64,000 nucleotides of DNA from Diadema antillarum (lineage: Eukaryota): the NCBI RefSeq assembly GCF_040938485.1, contig NW_027271421.1, forward strand, positions 566,567 through 630,566. The letters run 5' to 3'. Of this stretch, positions 39,657-52,133 are shown one piece after another. A program made the translations under genes and the position numbers. The notes under the pieces are model-generated. The model saw nothing but the letters and a program-made list of their open reading frames with translations. It had not been told where the DNA came from and did no database searches. Within the stretch, counting starts at the first letter, position 1; the number at the start of each line of letters is the position of its first letter.

Positions 39657-40135
39657 TTTAAATTCATGAAATTCTTCCGTCGAGATGTTTTCATTGCAAC
39701 TGATTGACAAATTGCCCTACATCGACGTAAATAAGCACTGAATTGATCAGTGTTATCAGTGTTTTTTTTATCATGGCTACTACTAAAACACTGATCAATT
39801 CAGTGCTTATTTACGTCGATGTAGGGCAATTTGTCAATCAGTTGCAATGAAAACATCTCGACGGAAGAATTTCATGAATTTAAATAACAAAGCAGTACCC
39901 GCTGCATGCTATAAGGATTAGAACCAACACTTGCTGTCGGGCGAAAGCTCGGTGGTCTAGTGGAGATGACGCCTGTCCGGTGATCAGGAGGTCGGTCGTA
40001 GGTTCGAATCCTGCTCGAGTATGTACGCCCATGTTTTTTTTTTTTTTTTTTTTTATCATGGCTACTACTAAAACACTGATCAATTCAGTGCTTATTTACG
40101 TCGATGTAGGGCAATTTGTCAATCAGTTGCAATAG
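39657..40135. mobile_element. Composite foldback element. A near-perfect ~100-bp inverted repeat (arms about 39657-39762 and 39790-39889) is followed by the tRNA-like segment and T-run. A third direct copy of the right-arm proximal part follows at 40037-40133.
   Basis: The sequence attcatgaaattcttccgtcgagatgttttcattgcaactgattgacaaattgccctacatcgacgtaaataagcactgaattgatcagtgtt and its reverse complement are separated by a short loop. The segment tttttatcatggctactactaaaacactgatcaattcagtgcttatttacgtcgatgtagggcaatttgtcaatcagttgcaat occurs twice in direct orientation, flanking the tRNA-like insert. Confidence 0.7.
39946..40022 (+). pseudogene. tRNA-like sequence (Glu/Asp-like), followed 11 nt later by a T21 run at 40034-40054. 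Likely a pseudo-tRNA or tRNA-derived SINE head rather than a functional tRNA.
   Basis: A canonical T-arm GTAGG-TTCGAAT-CCTGC. A D-arm GGTGGTCTAGTGG as in tRNA-Glu. An anticodon region CGCCTGTCC resembling tRNA-Asp (GTC), but the 3' half of the anticodon stem does not pair. The acceptor stem AGCTCGG/TCGAGTA pairs at 6 of 7 positions with two G-U pairs. The downstream oligo-T is a Pol III terminator-like run. Confidence 0.45.
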
Positions 40136-43100
40136 ATCATTTTAATTTAGCTACATTCAGCAATCCAGTCTGCAATGCATGTCAAGCAAAATGTTTTAAG
40201 CTCTGAAGAAATCCAGGCAATAGTGAAACGAGTCTGCAGCTATAACCTCACTACTTGTATACCAAACCAACAAATAAACAAGTGTTGGGGTAGGGTTTAT
40301 GATAATTGAGAATGACCTCACTACAACAGTAATCTTGTTATAGCCATGCTTGCTTAAAGGCGGCTGTTCTGCTGTAGGATAACGCTGCAAAGGTTGGCAA
40401 CATCTTGTTTAAAAGTAACTCAAAAGTGAGCTGATTATAATACAATTGAATTGTAGCACCACCTTTCCACTTTGAAGACACTTCACTCTTTACACGGTCA
40501 GCAAACAAAGAGTGCATAACAAGAACAAATAGCATGATGAAGCATTTCATTTGAGACTACACAGAGAAGAGAACACTGAATTACTGTAGTTATGCTCAAA
40601 CTGCATTAATGTTAGTAATCAAACTGACTTTCGAGTATCATAAGAGGGGAAACCTTATAAAGCACGCTCAGGATTATATCATTCCAACAGGCAGCAAAGC
40701 TCAGCACTGAATATCAACCATGAGCTGGTGAAAGGACCATCAATCATGCGAGAATTCCCTATCATGATATGACAGGATGAAAACAACACTTCCACCTTAT
40801 TGCAGCATTTCCACACTCGGTGCATTGCAAAGCAGTACTATTGCATCTTGTAATCACCTTGTCTACTCCAAAGCCAAACTACAACAACAGCCACTTTGAT
40901 TCTGCAAGTTTCTCAAGTTCACTAAGTTCAGTGAAATCATTCATGAAAATAAGCTAGAAACAGAAAAAGTTATGATCATAATTGCTCAAAGACATTTTAA
41001 CATAACTACAGCAATTCGACTTCAGCAGGCAGTTGACTTGGATGCCTCCACTTTATCACGCATTCACTATAAAGTCATAAGTACATGGCTCTTCATGGCA
41101 TTGAGATGGCAAAACAACAAATCCATATCCAACCTCATTTCCAGTCACTTGAGTTTGAAGTTTCGCAAACCTACAGCTCTTTTTCTGTTTTCGTTCAACA
41201 CTTCATATCATACCCTAGAAGGACCAACAGTAACAGTAATAAAATGCATGTAAATTGATTTCACTAGACCCTTTATTTTTAGAATAATTTGCATTTAATC
41301 ACGTTTTGCTGTCTCAACATAACCACACTATTGCCATTGATACGGCAAAACAATGTAAGTCTCGATCACTGGCACGCGCATAATGTCCTACAACGTAAAT
41401 ACAAAAGTGTATGTGCACCCTTCTGCAGCCGCACGAGGCGCGCAGCCTATTACTGCGTAAACACGTAGGTCTATGGCAAAACAATATATCGCATGCAGAT
41501 ACGTTGTTTTGCCAAGTCCATGCCCGACGTGTGTTGAGCAGGGGCAAGCGTATCGCTGCTTACATTGTTTTGCCAACAGAATTTGAACAATTCCCACTAG
41601 GAGGGATTGTCACATCTCAGTAACGGGACGGGTTCTGATTTCAAGATCTGGTCAAGAGTTAGATACTCAAATGCTAAAATAAGTTGAAATATGTGACTAC
41701 ATCAGTTTTCATGAATTTTCGACATACGTTGTTTTGCGATCTCAAGGCTGTTCATTTGCCTTTGAACAAAGGTCATCCATCTTGATCACTAACCAAGGAT
41801 TGACCCTATCTGCACACATGCAATATTTGCCATCCATTTATGTCCATAAAACAAAAATCACATATCACTGGACTTACAAATAAACAGTTATTGCCAAAGT
41901 ATTACATCTGTAGCCAAACTTGTGTGATGATCTGCTAGTTATCTATATAGTCAATGCATCTACAGCTCATGTAGTATACCAAACCAAATTCTCAGGCAAT
42001 CTACAGAACTGTTCCTCTTGAATCAAAGAAAAGAGACATGGCACAGAGAGACTGACAGACAAGCCACCCCAAAAACATAATAAATGCCTTCAACACTCTT
42101 GGGGCGGGGACATAAGATAGATGCTTAAAAGTATTTACTCATTGTTTATCTCATATTGGCCCCAATCATCATAAAATCATACATAACACATGAGCAACAA
42201 TGCTATCAAATAGGATTTCTTCCAGATTTTTAAATTTTTTTGGGTTAATCTATTGATGCAAAAATTCTATGAACAGAAAAAGAGAAAAACTCTATAGAAT
42301 ATCTGACACCTTGTCTGTAGCTCATATACAGACTACAACATTTTCTTCATCTATATCAATGAAGAAATGACCTCCTACTGCACTTTTTTTTTTTCGAATG
42401 GCACACACACCTTGGTGATGTCTTCATCAACTGGCATAGATAGCCTGGAAAATATTTGTCAATAAACACATATTACTGCTCCCCCACCCCTATTTTGTGG
42501 CCAGAACCTTTCTGTTGGCCTGAGAAACATTGCTACAATTAAATGGGCTCGCTACCTTTACAACTAGGTCCATTTTGGACGGATAACTAAGAAATGCTGA
42601 AAAAGCTGGGGACGCAAAGAGATAATACATTGTTGGGTAGCATAATAATCTACTACATTGGCAATCGGCAGAGTACAGGTATATTTGGAGGTTGAAATTA
42701 CAATGATTTCCTTTCAATGCTTGTGTAATCTGTAAAGAACAATACAGAAGAAATATGTGTTACCAGTACTCAAAAACTTTGCCTGGAACAATTACATGTT
42801 TAAGCTTTGAATATTCGAAAGTCATGTATTAGAACTTTAATACCAACCTGTGTCTTGTAAAAGAGCAAGAGTTCGATAAAGATTGTCCAAACGTGAGAGA
42901 CGTAACAAAAACAAAAAGACACTCAGTAGTAAGTGTAGAATTCCTGATATTCTCATTTGTCTCACAAATTTTGCTGCAAAACATGAAGAGTGAATATGCA
43001 AAAACTGCCAGCTCTAGTACAAAAAGTCTCCACATTAACAGCTGAGCAGCACTCCTATCAAATTCATCAAATTATCCCTCTTTTCTCTTTGTTAATGCCC

Positions 43101-43951
43101 ACGTTACTAGCTGCAATTTGATTGCCACTGCTACTGTACAGTCATAATTTACAGCATGTTGACAAATATTTGTACTACATATGTAAATTTATAATTAAAA
43201 TCACATATTTACAATGCTCTCTGTTTAAGAGCAAGCAAGTAAAACTGGCAACATACTCCCAGGAGTAAAACAACAAAACTCACAAAAATAGATTTCAGAA
43301 AATCGATGGTGAGACTGCATTGATAAAACCCACAAAATATCATACAGTCAAATCAAATTTCCAAAGATAAACCTTTACTTCCAGCAGCTACATTACTTCC
43401 TCCACTTAATATCATTTCCACCGTTGGCTAAATAATGATGATGACATTCTATAAGACATCAGTCTGCACAAACTATACTAACTTTAATTGAATTTTTGTT
43501 CTTCATTGATACCAGTTTATATCAAAATATAAACCAGTAGACCAAAGATTGAAATCACCAAACTGATCATGTGTTGAAGGGCTGTCTACAGTCAAGCTGT
43601 GATACTGATATTGGGAACACACTTGTAACATGAAGTTTATGTAAGAAGACAAGACCAAGTCTTGAAATCAGAGTTAAGTTTCTACTCAGGGCTCCAAACA
43701 TGATGCAAACACATTTGTAAGCTTTGGTAAGCAAGTTTGTCACAGTGCCTTGTCATCCACAGATGTTTGCACTATGAATTCATTTCAATTTCTCCTCTCT
43801 GCTATTAAGATCAGCTCGGCAGTACTAGTTCAGAGTATGACTGTCCCTGGAACTCCAAATCCTCTGTGACTGACAGCTTCCCGTCCACTTGTCATGACAA
43901 ATCATGTTTCTCACCACTCTACGATAAGTGGCCAACATAGAGTCAGGCTAT

Positions 43952-43957
43952 TTTATT
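43952..43957 (-). promoter_or_regulatory. AATAAA on the minus strand, a candidate PDK poly(A) signal about 75 nt after the stop.
   Basis: Plus-strand tttatt gives minus-strand AATAAA, shortly downstream of the PDK stop codon. Confidence 0.3.
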
Positions 43958-44030
43958 TACGTATTTCAGATCCAGTAGAAATCACAGACACCTGAAATTG
44001 AGTTGCGGCAGTGAGAGCACAGGTAGGACC

Positions 44031-44174
44031 CTACTTCCCATATCGTCGAGTTGTGTAGTTTCGGATGAAGTAGCCTGGTGTACTCCAGTCACTGGCTGGT
44101 GTTGGTGTCTTGTAGTATCGTGAGACAGCACTATTATAGATTGGTAGTAGCTCTGATGCCTCACTGGACAGGAC
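44031..44174 (-). CDS. PDK: PDK terminal coding exon encoding VLSSEASELLPIYNSAVSRYYKTPTPASDWSTPGYFIRNYTTRRYGK plus a TAG stop.
   Basis: Matches the PDK C-terminus [34 protein letters not shown] and PDK4 ALSSESIEKLPVFNKSAF. Acceptor tgcaaacccatacag. The stop is the revcomp of cta at 44031-44033. Confidence 0.85.
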   Translation of the reverse strand, partial: VLSSEASELLPIYNSAVSRYYKTPTPASDWSTPGYFIRNYTTRRYGK

Positions 44175-44246
44175 CTGTATGGGTTTGCACACACATAATG
44201 GATCCCTGGTAAAGTATGTCAAGCTAACATTGTAACACTTTGCATA

Positions 44247-44307
<61 letters not shown>

Positions 44308-44310
<3 letters not shown>

Positions 44311-44990
44311 GACCGTGCACCTCAAAACGAACATAAAGTCGCACACACTGATTTTGCGTGAGGACTGAAAATAAGTGAAATGGGTCAATCTAGCCGAACT
44401 TGACTTTTTCATATTTTCTGAAAGAGCGGGTCTTCTTTTACATAATGTTAAAATTTGGTGTCATAAAACGGGCAGGAAAGTGTGTTTTTTAGCAGTTTAT
44501 CTCAAACATTTTTGGTAGAATAGTGTGACTAGGTGTGTCTTTAGAATCCCTTTTTCATTTCTGAAAAACCTTGTCCACACTCTTCACTTTCAACTCTAAT
44601 AACTTTTGAAAGGATAGTGCTACTGCTTTGAAAGTTGGCATTAATTATTGACAGAATGTGTTAATGAGACATGCTCAATTTCAGTTTAATCTAGTAATCC
44701 CTTCATTGTTGTTACTCTGGTGGTTTACTTCCTGTTTTTTGTCCCATTCATCGCACAGCCAGCACGGTTTGGTAAAGCTTAAGCGCTTGAATAGACACTG
44801 TACTTCAGAGCCTCTTTTCTCAGTTCACGCTTTTCCTGAGTTTGTGCTTTCTTTCCAGTATTTAGATAGGTTAGGAGATTCCATTTGATTTGGGTTATAC
44901 ATCATTTTAAAGCTTGAAGTCTGCTCTTTCAGAATATGGTCTTAACTAAAAATTCATGTCTGGCGACTTTTTGTTTGTTTTGAGGTGCAG

Positions 44991-44997
<7 letters not shown>
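44308..44997 (+). mobile_element. MITE family A, copy 1 (~690 bp). A non-autonomous TIR element inserted in a (TA)n microsatellite, within the last PDK intron.
   Basis: About 26-bp TIRs, tgtgaccgtgcacctcaaaacgaaca and tgtttgttttgaggtgcagagtcaca. About 90% identical throughout to the copy at 55872-56569. TA-rich flanks. The internal ORFs are non-coding artefacts. Confidence 0.75.
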
Positions 44998-45043
<46 letters not shown>

Positions 45044-46791
45044 TATGTTGGTGTGTCCCTGGTTTGGCCATTCATGTGCTCTTGCTTAGGACAACTGATG
45101 GTGTACACACCTGTTTTGGATTTAACAAAGACTCACTATGGACAATCTTGAAGGCTGGAAAAGCACAAAGGCTAATGATCATGTAGACATTGGAATGGGT
45201 TGTTAATGTTATAAATTCACAAGGCTAGGCATCAGCACATACACTGTACCTAATTCCCTAGGCTTTATTCAATATGTATCCTTTATGTTCACCATTAGGT
45301 GCTTAGGAACAAAATACATACAAAACTTAACGACAGATCAGTCAAAGCTTAGAACTTTTCAAATATGTGACCACCCAGCTCAAAATTCGCAGAAAGTAAA
45401 CCAAAATTAATTTCTACTCTTCTAGTACATTGTTTTAAAGATTGAGCTCTAAGATTTAAAATGATATACATGTATATCTTTTTTAAAGTGGATCATCCTA
45501 ACTAACAAATTCCCCCCCCCCCCCAAAAAAAAAAAAAAAAAAGTGATCAAAATATAATAGAGTTAGGAGGTGCAATTTCACAGAAGCGGGGGAAAAAAGA
45601 TTTAAAGATTAGGGTCACTCAGGTGTGCTGTGCAGAAGTATCAATGAAAACATGTTCTATTTCACAGTGAAAGCAATTCCTGTATGAAAAGAAAGAAGTA
45701 TATATATGGTATGGACAAGAAAAACTGCTAATATCTTGATGTCAGTTTTACTTTAAGTCACCAAATTTTGACAGTAGGCAGAGAAAAGATCACTCTCCCA
45801 GATAAAGACAAACTTACAAAATCTGCATCAGTCACCCCAAGTGACATATTTTGGTCCATTACAGAGAATCCTTAACATAATTTTTGTGGTTTCGAGCTGG
45901 ATGGTCACATATGCTCATTCTACTGCACATGACTTGATGTGGTTTCTGGTCTTCACATGATTCTATTCATTTGTAATACTTCTCTCTCATTCATGGAGGA
46001 AGTCTTGAGGTAATTTACAGAAGCTGACATCGCACACAAGTACATGAAACAAATAGTTCAATTCATCATGTCGCTTTACAAGGGTTTATACATCGAGTTG
46101 GCAATCATGCTAAAGCGGACTAAGCATTTCATTTATAAAAGCCTACAATACAAACCATTCACCATTTTTTTCCTCTTCTATTATCTCCTAATCAAATGAT
46201 ATTAACAGCAAAATGCTTCCCTCTTTAAAACATATACCACTCACTTTGCCAAGAGTAATGACATGGCACCATTTCAATGAACTTTGCTTATTCATCAATT
46301 CACAAACAAGAGTATCTTTGTACAAACTGTGATATTTCCTCAAATGTTCACATTTTACCATTTCCACAATCGTTCAGCCAAGCGTGAAAAAGTAAGATTT
46401 TTCAAGCTACTAAATATTTCATGTTCACAGTAGATTGTTGCACAAAGTCTGGCTCCTTAAGTTCTGATCCCCATTGCAGCAGCTTTTTTTTTTTTTTTAA
46501 ACCTAAGTAATTACAAAAACATCCTCTTTTCAGAATTCACATGAGTCATGCAAATCATACCAGAAACTTGTAATATCCTAGAGCTGACAAGATGTTCAAT
46601 ATCAACGTCATACGGTAGCAGAATTAAATTTGTATAAGTAACACCATACTAGTCAACATAGGCAAACGTGTAATCACATATCACCGGAGGTAGTTATTGA
46701 ACCCTTCCTAAATCCACAATAAGAACACTTGGTGAAGGGCGAGAGCTGGCCTCGAAGAATTACTATGAAAATCATACAGCTGCATCCTTAC

Positions 46792-46905
46792 CTTGAGGTA
46801 GACCACAGCATCAGTGCCATAGCCATCCATGGAGGAAAGAGTCAGGTCGCCATGGAAATACTTGGCGTACAGTCTTGAGATGGGCAAGCCATATCCATAG
46901 CCAGC
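46792..46905 (-). CDS. PDK: PDK exon encoding [38 protein letters not shown].
   Basis: Near-identical to [41 protein letters not shown]. Acceptor atcttctttttccag and donor aag|gtaagg. Confidence 0.93.
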
Positions 46906-48131
46906 CTGGAAAAAGAAGATTATCCAGGTCAGTCATTCTCAATATCTACACATGGCCTGGTTCTCAATCCAACTTTAATCTATAAATGTGAGGAACAAAC
47001 ATTCCCTGGGAAGATTAGGAGGGTTTAGTGTCTGTTTGATAATTGTTGTCATTTGGCATTATTTTTCTTTACCAGTTTTAATGGATTTTCAACCTTTCAT
47101 TGTGTTTAAAATTAGGGCAGATCTTTTGCTGTCAAGTTATCTGGTCTATGGACTACTAATGTGATTAAGCCATGATACTGTCTTTACTACTTCAACAAAT
47201 TACAACAGATAACAGCTAATTTGTTTGTCTTCCTCTAAGAACCTCTTTAAGACCATAACATTCCAAATACCGTCAAATTCAGCTTCACAAGCATCTCACT
47301 AGGCTGCAAGTTGTCTGTTTAGCTATACCTTCTCAAGTTGTCTGATTGGCTATGGGTGCAGAAATAGCACCAAAAAGCCATTGCCATCAAGTGTGTTTTT
47401 TTTCTTTCTTTCTTTTTTTTTAAAGATGATATCAGATTGCAAGGAGTCCAGTATACAAGACATGCTTCACAGCACTGAGTTACAGTTTGTGTCATAGGTT
47501 CAATAGTAATAATAATCCTTTAATGTATTCATGTACAGATGTTCTTTATGTCTATGGCACATAATCAAGCACATAACTGTTCTGATGTTAGCCCTTAAGG
47601 TATCATTTTTCTTTTTCACTGCCTGTTGTAAACACATACAGAGTGACTATTTGATCGTCATGTGAGTTGTACCTTTATAATACTCTTAAACATATTTTCA
47701 TCTCTCTTTCACTCATAGACCATTTTGGCACCTCCAGTCAAATATAGCACGCAGCAGAATGTGTTGTGCTTTTACAATGAAAATAAGAATACAAAAACAG
47801 CTCAGAATCCTGACTAGGCATGCACTTGCACTACATCTATACGTACATTGTATGCATAGTGCATGACACAGAGTAAAGCTAAAGCAACTATAATGGAGCC
47901 TATAGTTTTCATGTGACCTCAGTGGTGGTATTTACAAACAACAGCAAACCCATTGTGAGAGAAGGCTACGCCTGAATCAGAGTGAAAAGCAGGCATTGTC
48001 ATAAATCTTTTTGAATGCCCATCTCTGCCTATGTTAGTACCAGCTGAAAAGTTCTCAACAGACTATGGGCTAGGGCATGCATCCCCCTAATGAGATATGA
48101 CTGGATAGCTGCCAAACTCTGGGTGACTTAC

Positions 48132-48245
48132 CAGGGGAGGGATAGTGCTAACACCAGGCTTAGGGGGAGTCGGTGCCGTTGAGTACATATAGTTGAAAAG
48201 CTTATCAATCTCACTCTTTGGGATTCCACCCCCTTCATCTGTCAC
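48132..48245 (-). CDS. PDK: PDK exon encoding [38 protein letters not shown]. It contains the G1/G2 ATP-binding boxes.
   Basis: Matches PDK [36 protein letters not shown]. Acceptor cattgtttttggcag and donor ctg|gtaagt. Confidence 0.92.
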
Positions 48246-49052
48246 CTGCCAAAAACAATGACACATCCAAAGATTAAACTGTGTTGACTCAACTTTCCTT
48301 ATAATGAAATGTTTGGCCCTGCATGCAAACAAATTAAAACTTGTTTGTGTACAGTTGTTGCAGGTGCTGTAGTAATGTTTTGACACAAAAGGTAAGACAA
48401 GGATTTGTCTACATCACTAATCTATTCACGTAATCAAAATAACATATAACTTATAAACCTAAAAGTTATCTATGAAAAAAGATAAGAAACAATCTGAAAG
48501 TAGGCAAGTATATACTAGCACAGCACAGTGGAATATTCTCAAAATGTATGTTCCCAACTCACTAAAGTGGCCAACAAATGCACAGTATGGTCATACATGA
48601 CAAGTCATTCAAATAAATCATAACTGAACTTTAATACACGAATGATTCACTTTCAATATGATATGGAACACTGTACTTTCTTAGAATAGCCCTAGAATGA
48701 CCACAGATAGGTTCTCCCATCTCTGTATCTCATTGAAGAAGTAATCTGCATAGTGGAGGAACAGCTATACAGATCTCAGTATCATAATCACAAAAGATGT
48801 GGAGTGGTTGTATAAGAATTGTTTTTTTTAATATGTGTAAGAAAGAGTTAAGGCAAGACTGACAGACATATCAAACTGTGTGCTTCACATTTTGATTTTA
48901 TGTTTTTAATAGCCTGTAAAATCACATATTATATATGTATATATATAATTCAACTTTTGCAACACATGACTTTAGTCAATAAAACCACTTCCACTAAAGT
49001 GTACATACACTTCCATGTATAAACTCTGATAATGCTTTTTTTTTCTACATAC

Positions 49053-49154
49053 CTTGATAGTGACGTCTTCCTTGCCTTTTGTCACCAGTATTCTAATTGC
49101 TGGATACTCGCTGGCTGATGTGCCTCTGTGCTCCATCACTGCACGCATAGCATT
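49053..49154 (-). CDS. PDK: PDK exon encoding NAMRAVMEHRGTSASEYPAIRILVTKGKEDVTIK.
   Basis: Matches PDK NAMRATMEHHADRGVYPPIQVHVTLGNEDLTVK. Acceptor cactttgtcttccag and donor aag|gtatgt. Confidence 0.85.
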
Positions 49155-50449
49155 CTGGAAGACAAAGTGAAGACAGTAGTCTCTAATATTCAGTCTTAAT
49201 AGGGACAGTGATTTTAAAGCATTTTTTTTTCTTGACCATCATCATCATACACAGAAAACAGATTCTCAGCAGGCTTGAAGAGGAAAGCTGTCAAATTTTC
49301 TGAACAAAGGATTATTCTGAAACCACTTCATTATGGTAAAGTCAGTGATATAATTTCCATGCCTTGAACTTGATGTGCACTAAGGAAATTGTTGACAATC
49401 ATGTGCTTTTCTTTCTCATTTTCTGCCACAGTTTTTTTAAGAATCTCCCAATGACAGGCTCATGGTACAGTAAGAGTTTTAACAAACTCACGTTGTCATG
49501 ATCGCAGACAGCCAACATTTAGTTTACATGAGCTATGTCAGGTTATAGTTACGAGACACACCTGCGAAAGACTAAAAATCACTGGTACGTATCTCCATCC
49601 TCTGTGAGCACAATGAACTGATTGGCATCGAAAGATAACCATTTAAAGTACTTGGAGAACGTGTAGTGATTATTAAGTGCAACTATTGCACTTTGCATTG
49701 CAAAAAAAAAAAAGAACAAAGTAATCTGAACAAAATCCAAATATTATGTTAATATTATGCTGCTGTGTACGAAACAGGAATTCTAGTAAAAAATGTGAAA
49801 AAAAAATGGGTACATAGAAAGAATTATCAATTATTGATGTTTTGCGAGTAAGAAAGATGGGAAACTGTGTGATGTGTGTGTTGAGCAGCTCTACATTTTT
49901 TTGAACACAAAAATTTCTTGAATTTTCATTTTCTCACATATTAGAGCACAGAGAAAACTTAGCGGTCGAGATGTGAAAATTTTCCTATGAAGCAAAATTA
50001 AATTAGATTTAAAAAAAAAAATAAAATACAAACTGAATGGAGCTGCTTTACACCTACATAACATTGAGTTGATAATTTGTATTCCTCTCCAAACTTTGGC
50101 AGTTCATAACTTTGTGTGTCTGATTTTACCCCAAATTTTCATTGATCTATTCTATATCAATCACTACATGATAAAATGGAATTTCCCTTCAAATATTATA
50201 CACAAAATGTAAACAGCAGCATATTTCTGTATCTGAGGTAAAGTTTCTGGTTTCTTCGCCCTTACACAGCATTGACTTGACACACAGTCTCATCTCCCAT
50301 GACACATGACTCATGCCAAGTACAGAACCTGCAAAAGCTTTTTGATAATCACATGCCTCTATTATGTGTTAGCTTCAAAATGGGTCAGTCCACTCTTTCA
50401 TATCTCTTATCATTGACCTCAGCCTTGATGTCTGGTTAAATTCTCTTAC

Positions 50450-50526
50450 CTTGAGAAGCTCAAACATGATGTGGTAGAGATGGGAGGGTACATACACCAT
50501 GGTGATATCATCACTCTTGTCCCGAG
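50450..50526 (-). CDS. PDK: PDK exon encoding (A)[25 protein letters not shown].
   Basis: Matches PDK ...[20 protein letters not shown]. Acceptor ttttactttacacag and donor aag|gtaaga. Confidence 0.85.
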
Positions 50527-52055
50527 CTGTGTAAAGTAAAACAAAGACCTTACATTATCAGACTTACTCCATGACACTTCACTCTTACAAGAAGATGGAT
50601 GAAATTATCCAAGTTGAGTATTTTGAGCATCAGTGCTTTAGGAGAAGAGTTTAAGATTCAGAGTTATGCCTTATCATCATCTATATAGGACATTTTAGCG
50701 GCGAATTAAAAATGCGTATTGTTGTCCGCTCAATTTTTATCATTCAATATGAGAGCATATTGAACAAAATGCATAGGCCAACGTATTAATTCTCCATAGG
50801 CTACCATTGTTACTTGCCGTTCAAGATCACACCATATTCAATTCTGTCTCGTCTATTGCGCGAGCGCTTGCTGAATGCACAAACGCTTGCTACTAGTGCG
50901 CATCATTTTGTTACGATTTACAAGCGCGCACACATCTTGCTAGTTGCTTGTTTCATACGCAGTTTTAGGGGCTTCCCCTTTTCAGCGCTGGGATGTGACT
51001 GCCAAGTCAACTTCAAAGACGTGTAGAAGCCCGGTAATTTTGAGCAGTTTATGCTTGCTCTACTTAATTGTATAGATGATAATAATTATATTGGATGGCC
51101 TTGATTCATGGAATACCAGGGAATATTGCACTCGTTAGAGTCAATATTGCACTCATCTTCGATTCGTGTAATATTGGCCTCGTGCAATATTCCCTGGTAT
51201 CTCATTCATAGCCATCCAATATAATATAAATATCTTTATCCATTGGTGTACTCTGGCAAACGTTATATCTATCAACAGCCTTGTCATACCTTGTACCACA
51301 TAAATCCTGATATTCAACTGACAAGACCAACATAGAATTGATTTGAATACTCCTGGGCACCGTTTCACGAAAGTTGTCAGCGCTGAAAAGTTGTCAGCGC
51401 TGACAATCACCATAGTAACAGTCAGTGACAAGAGCGTCTCAGCCAATCAAAACCGAGGATTTTACTGAAATAGTCAGCGCTGACTATTTTGATGAAACTC
51501 CCCCCAGATCCTCCCCAGCTGTATCCCAATCAAATCAATAAATCTAAAATGATGGTATCATAATACTTCATGTTTCACTATGTTTCACAGAGCATTTCAT
51601 CACTATCACCCTTGCAAAACAAACTCAAAGCATATATACGTCTGGGCACGTAGACAAGTGACAAACTTGCAAAACATCAGGCCTTTGGTGCCGTCAATAT
51701 AGAGACCTAAAAAGAATTCACTGTGGGCTCAAGAGAAATTTGACAGGAGCAGATAACAATATATCACACACTCTAGAAAATCTTTCACAATATGTTTCTC
51801 ATGATATGCCTGTCACATGCTGTTAGCACATATTTCATTGCCACATTGCTTGACAAGCTAAAGAGCACTCAAACAGTGAACACATGTTCTCCTATACAAT
51901 TGAAAGAAATACAATCAGTATTTCTATATTGTCACATGACCAAAATGCAAATGTATCACCATTTATGATTTTATGCTACATTAATATGAGTGCTTGCTAT
52001 TGGTAGAAAATAAGAGTAAAAGAGGTAGGAAAGTATCTCTAGGTCATGCACATAC

Positions 52056-52133
52056 CATCAATCCATCTCATGTCGATGTCAGGAGCGGCAAGATAATACT
52101 GATCGCACAAGAATCTGGCACTCTCGTAGGCAT
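52056..52133 (-). CDS. PDK: PDK exon encoding (D)AYESARFLCDQYYLAAPDIDMRWID(A).
   Basis: Matches PDK [27 protein letters not shown]. Acceptor ttggttcttttcacccag and donor g|gtatgt. Confidence 0.82.

Noticed and set aside
39946-40022. Calling this a functional tRNA gene
   Set aside because: The anticodon stem cannot be closed and the first acceptor pair mismatches. Together with its embedding in a foldback repeat, this points to a pseudo-tRNA/SINE.
44658-44888. 76-aa ORF, with a 122-aa counterpart at 56092-56460
   Set aside because: Both lie inside the two copies of MITE family A. They are conserved because the repeat is conserved, with no coding signal.
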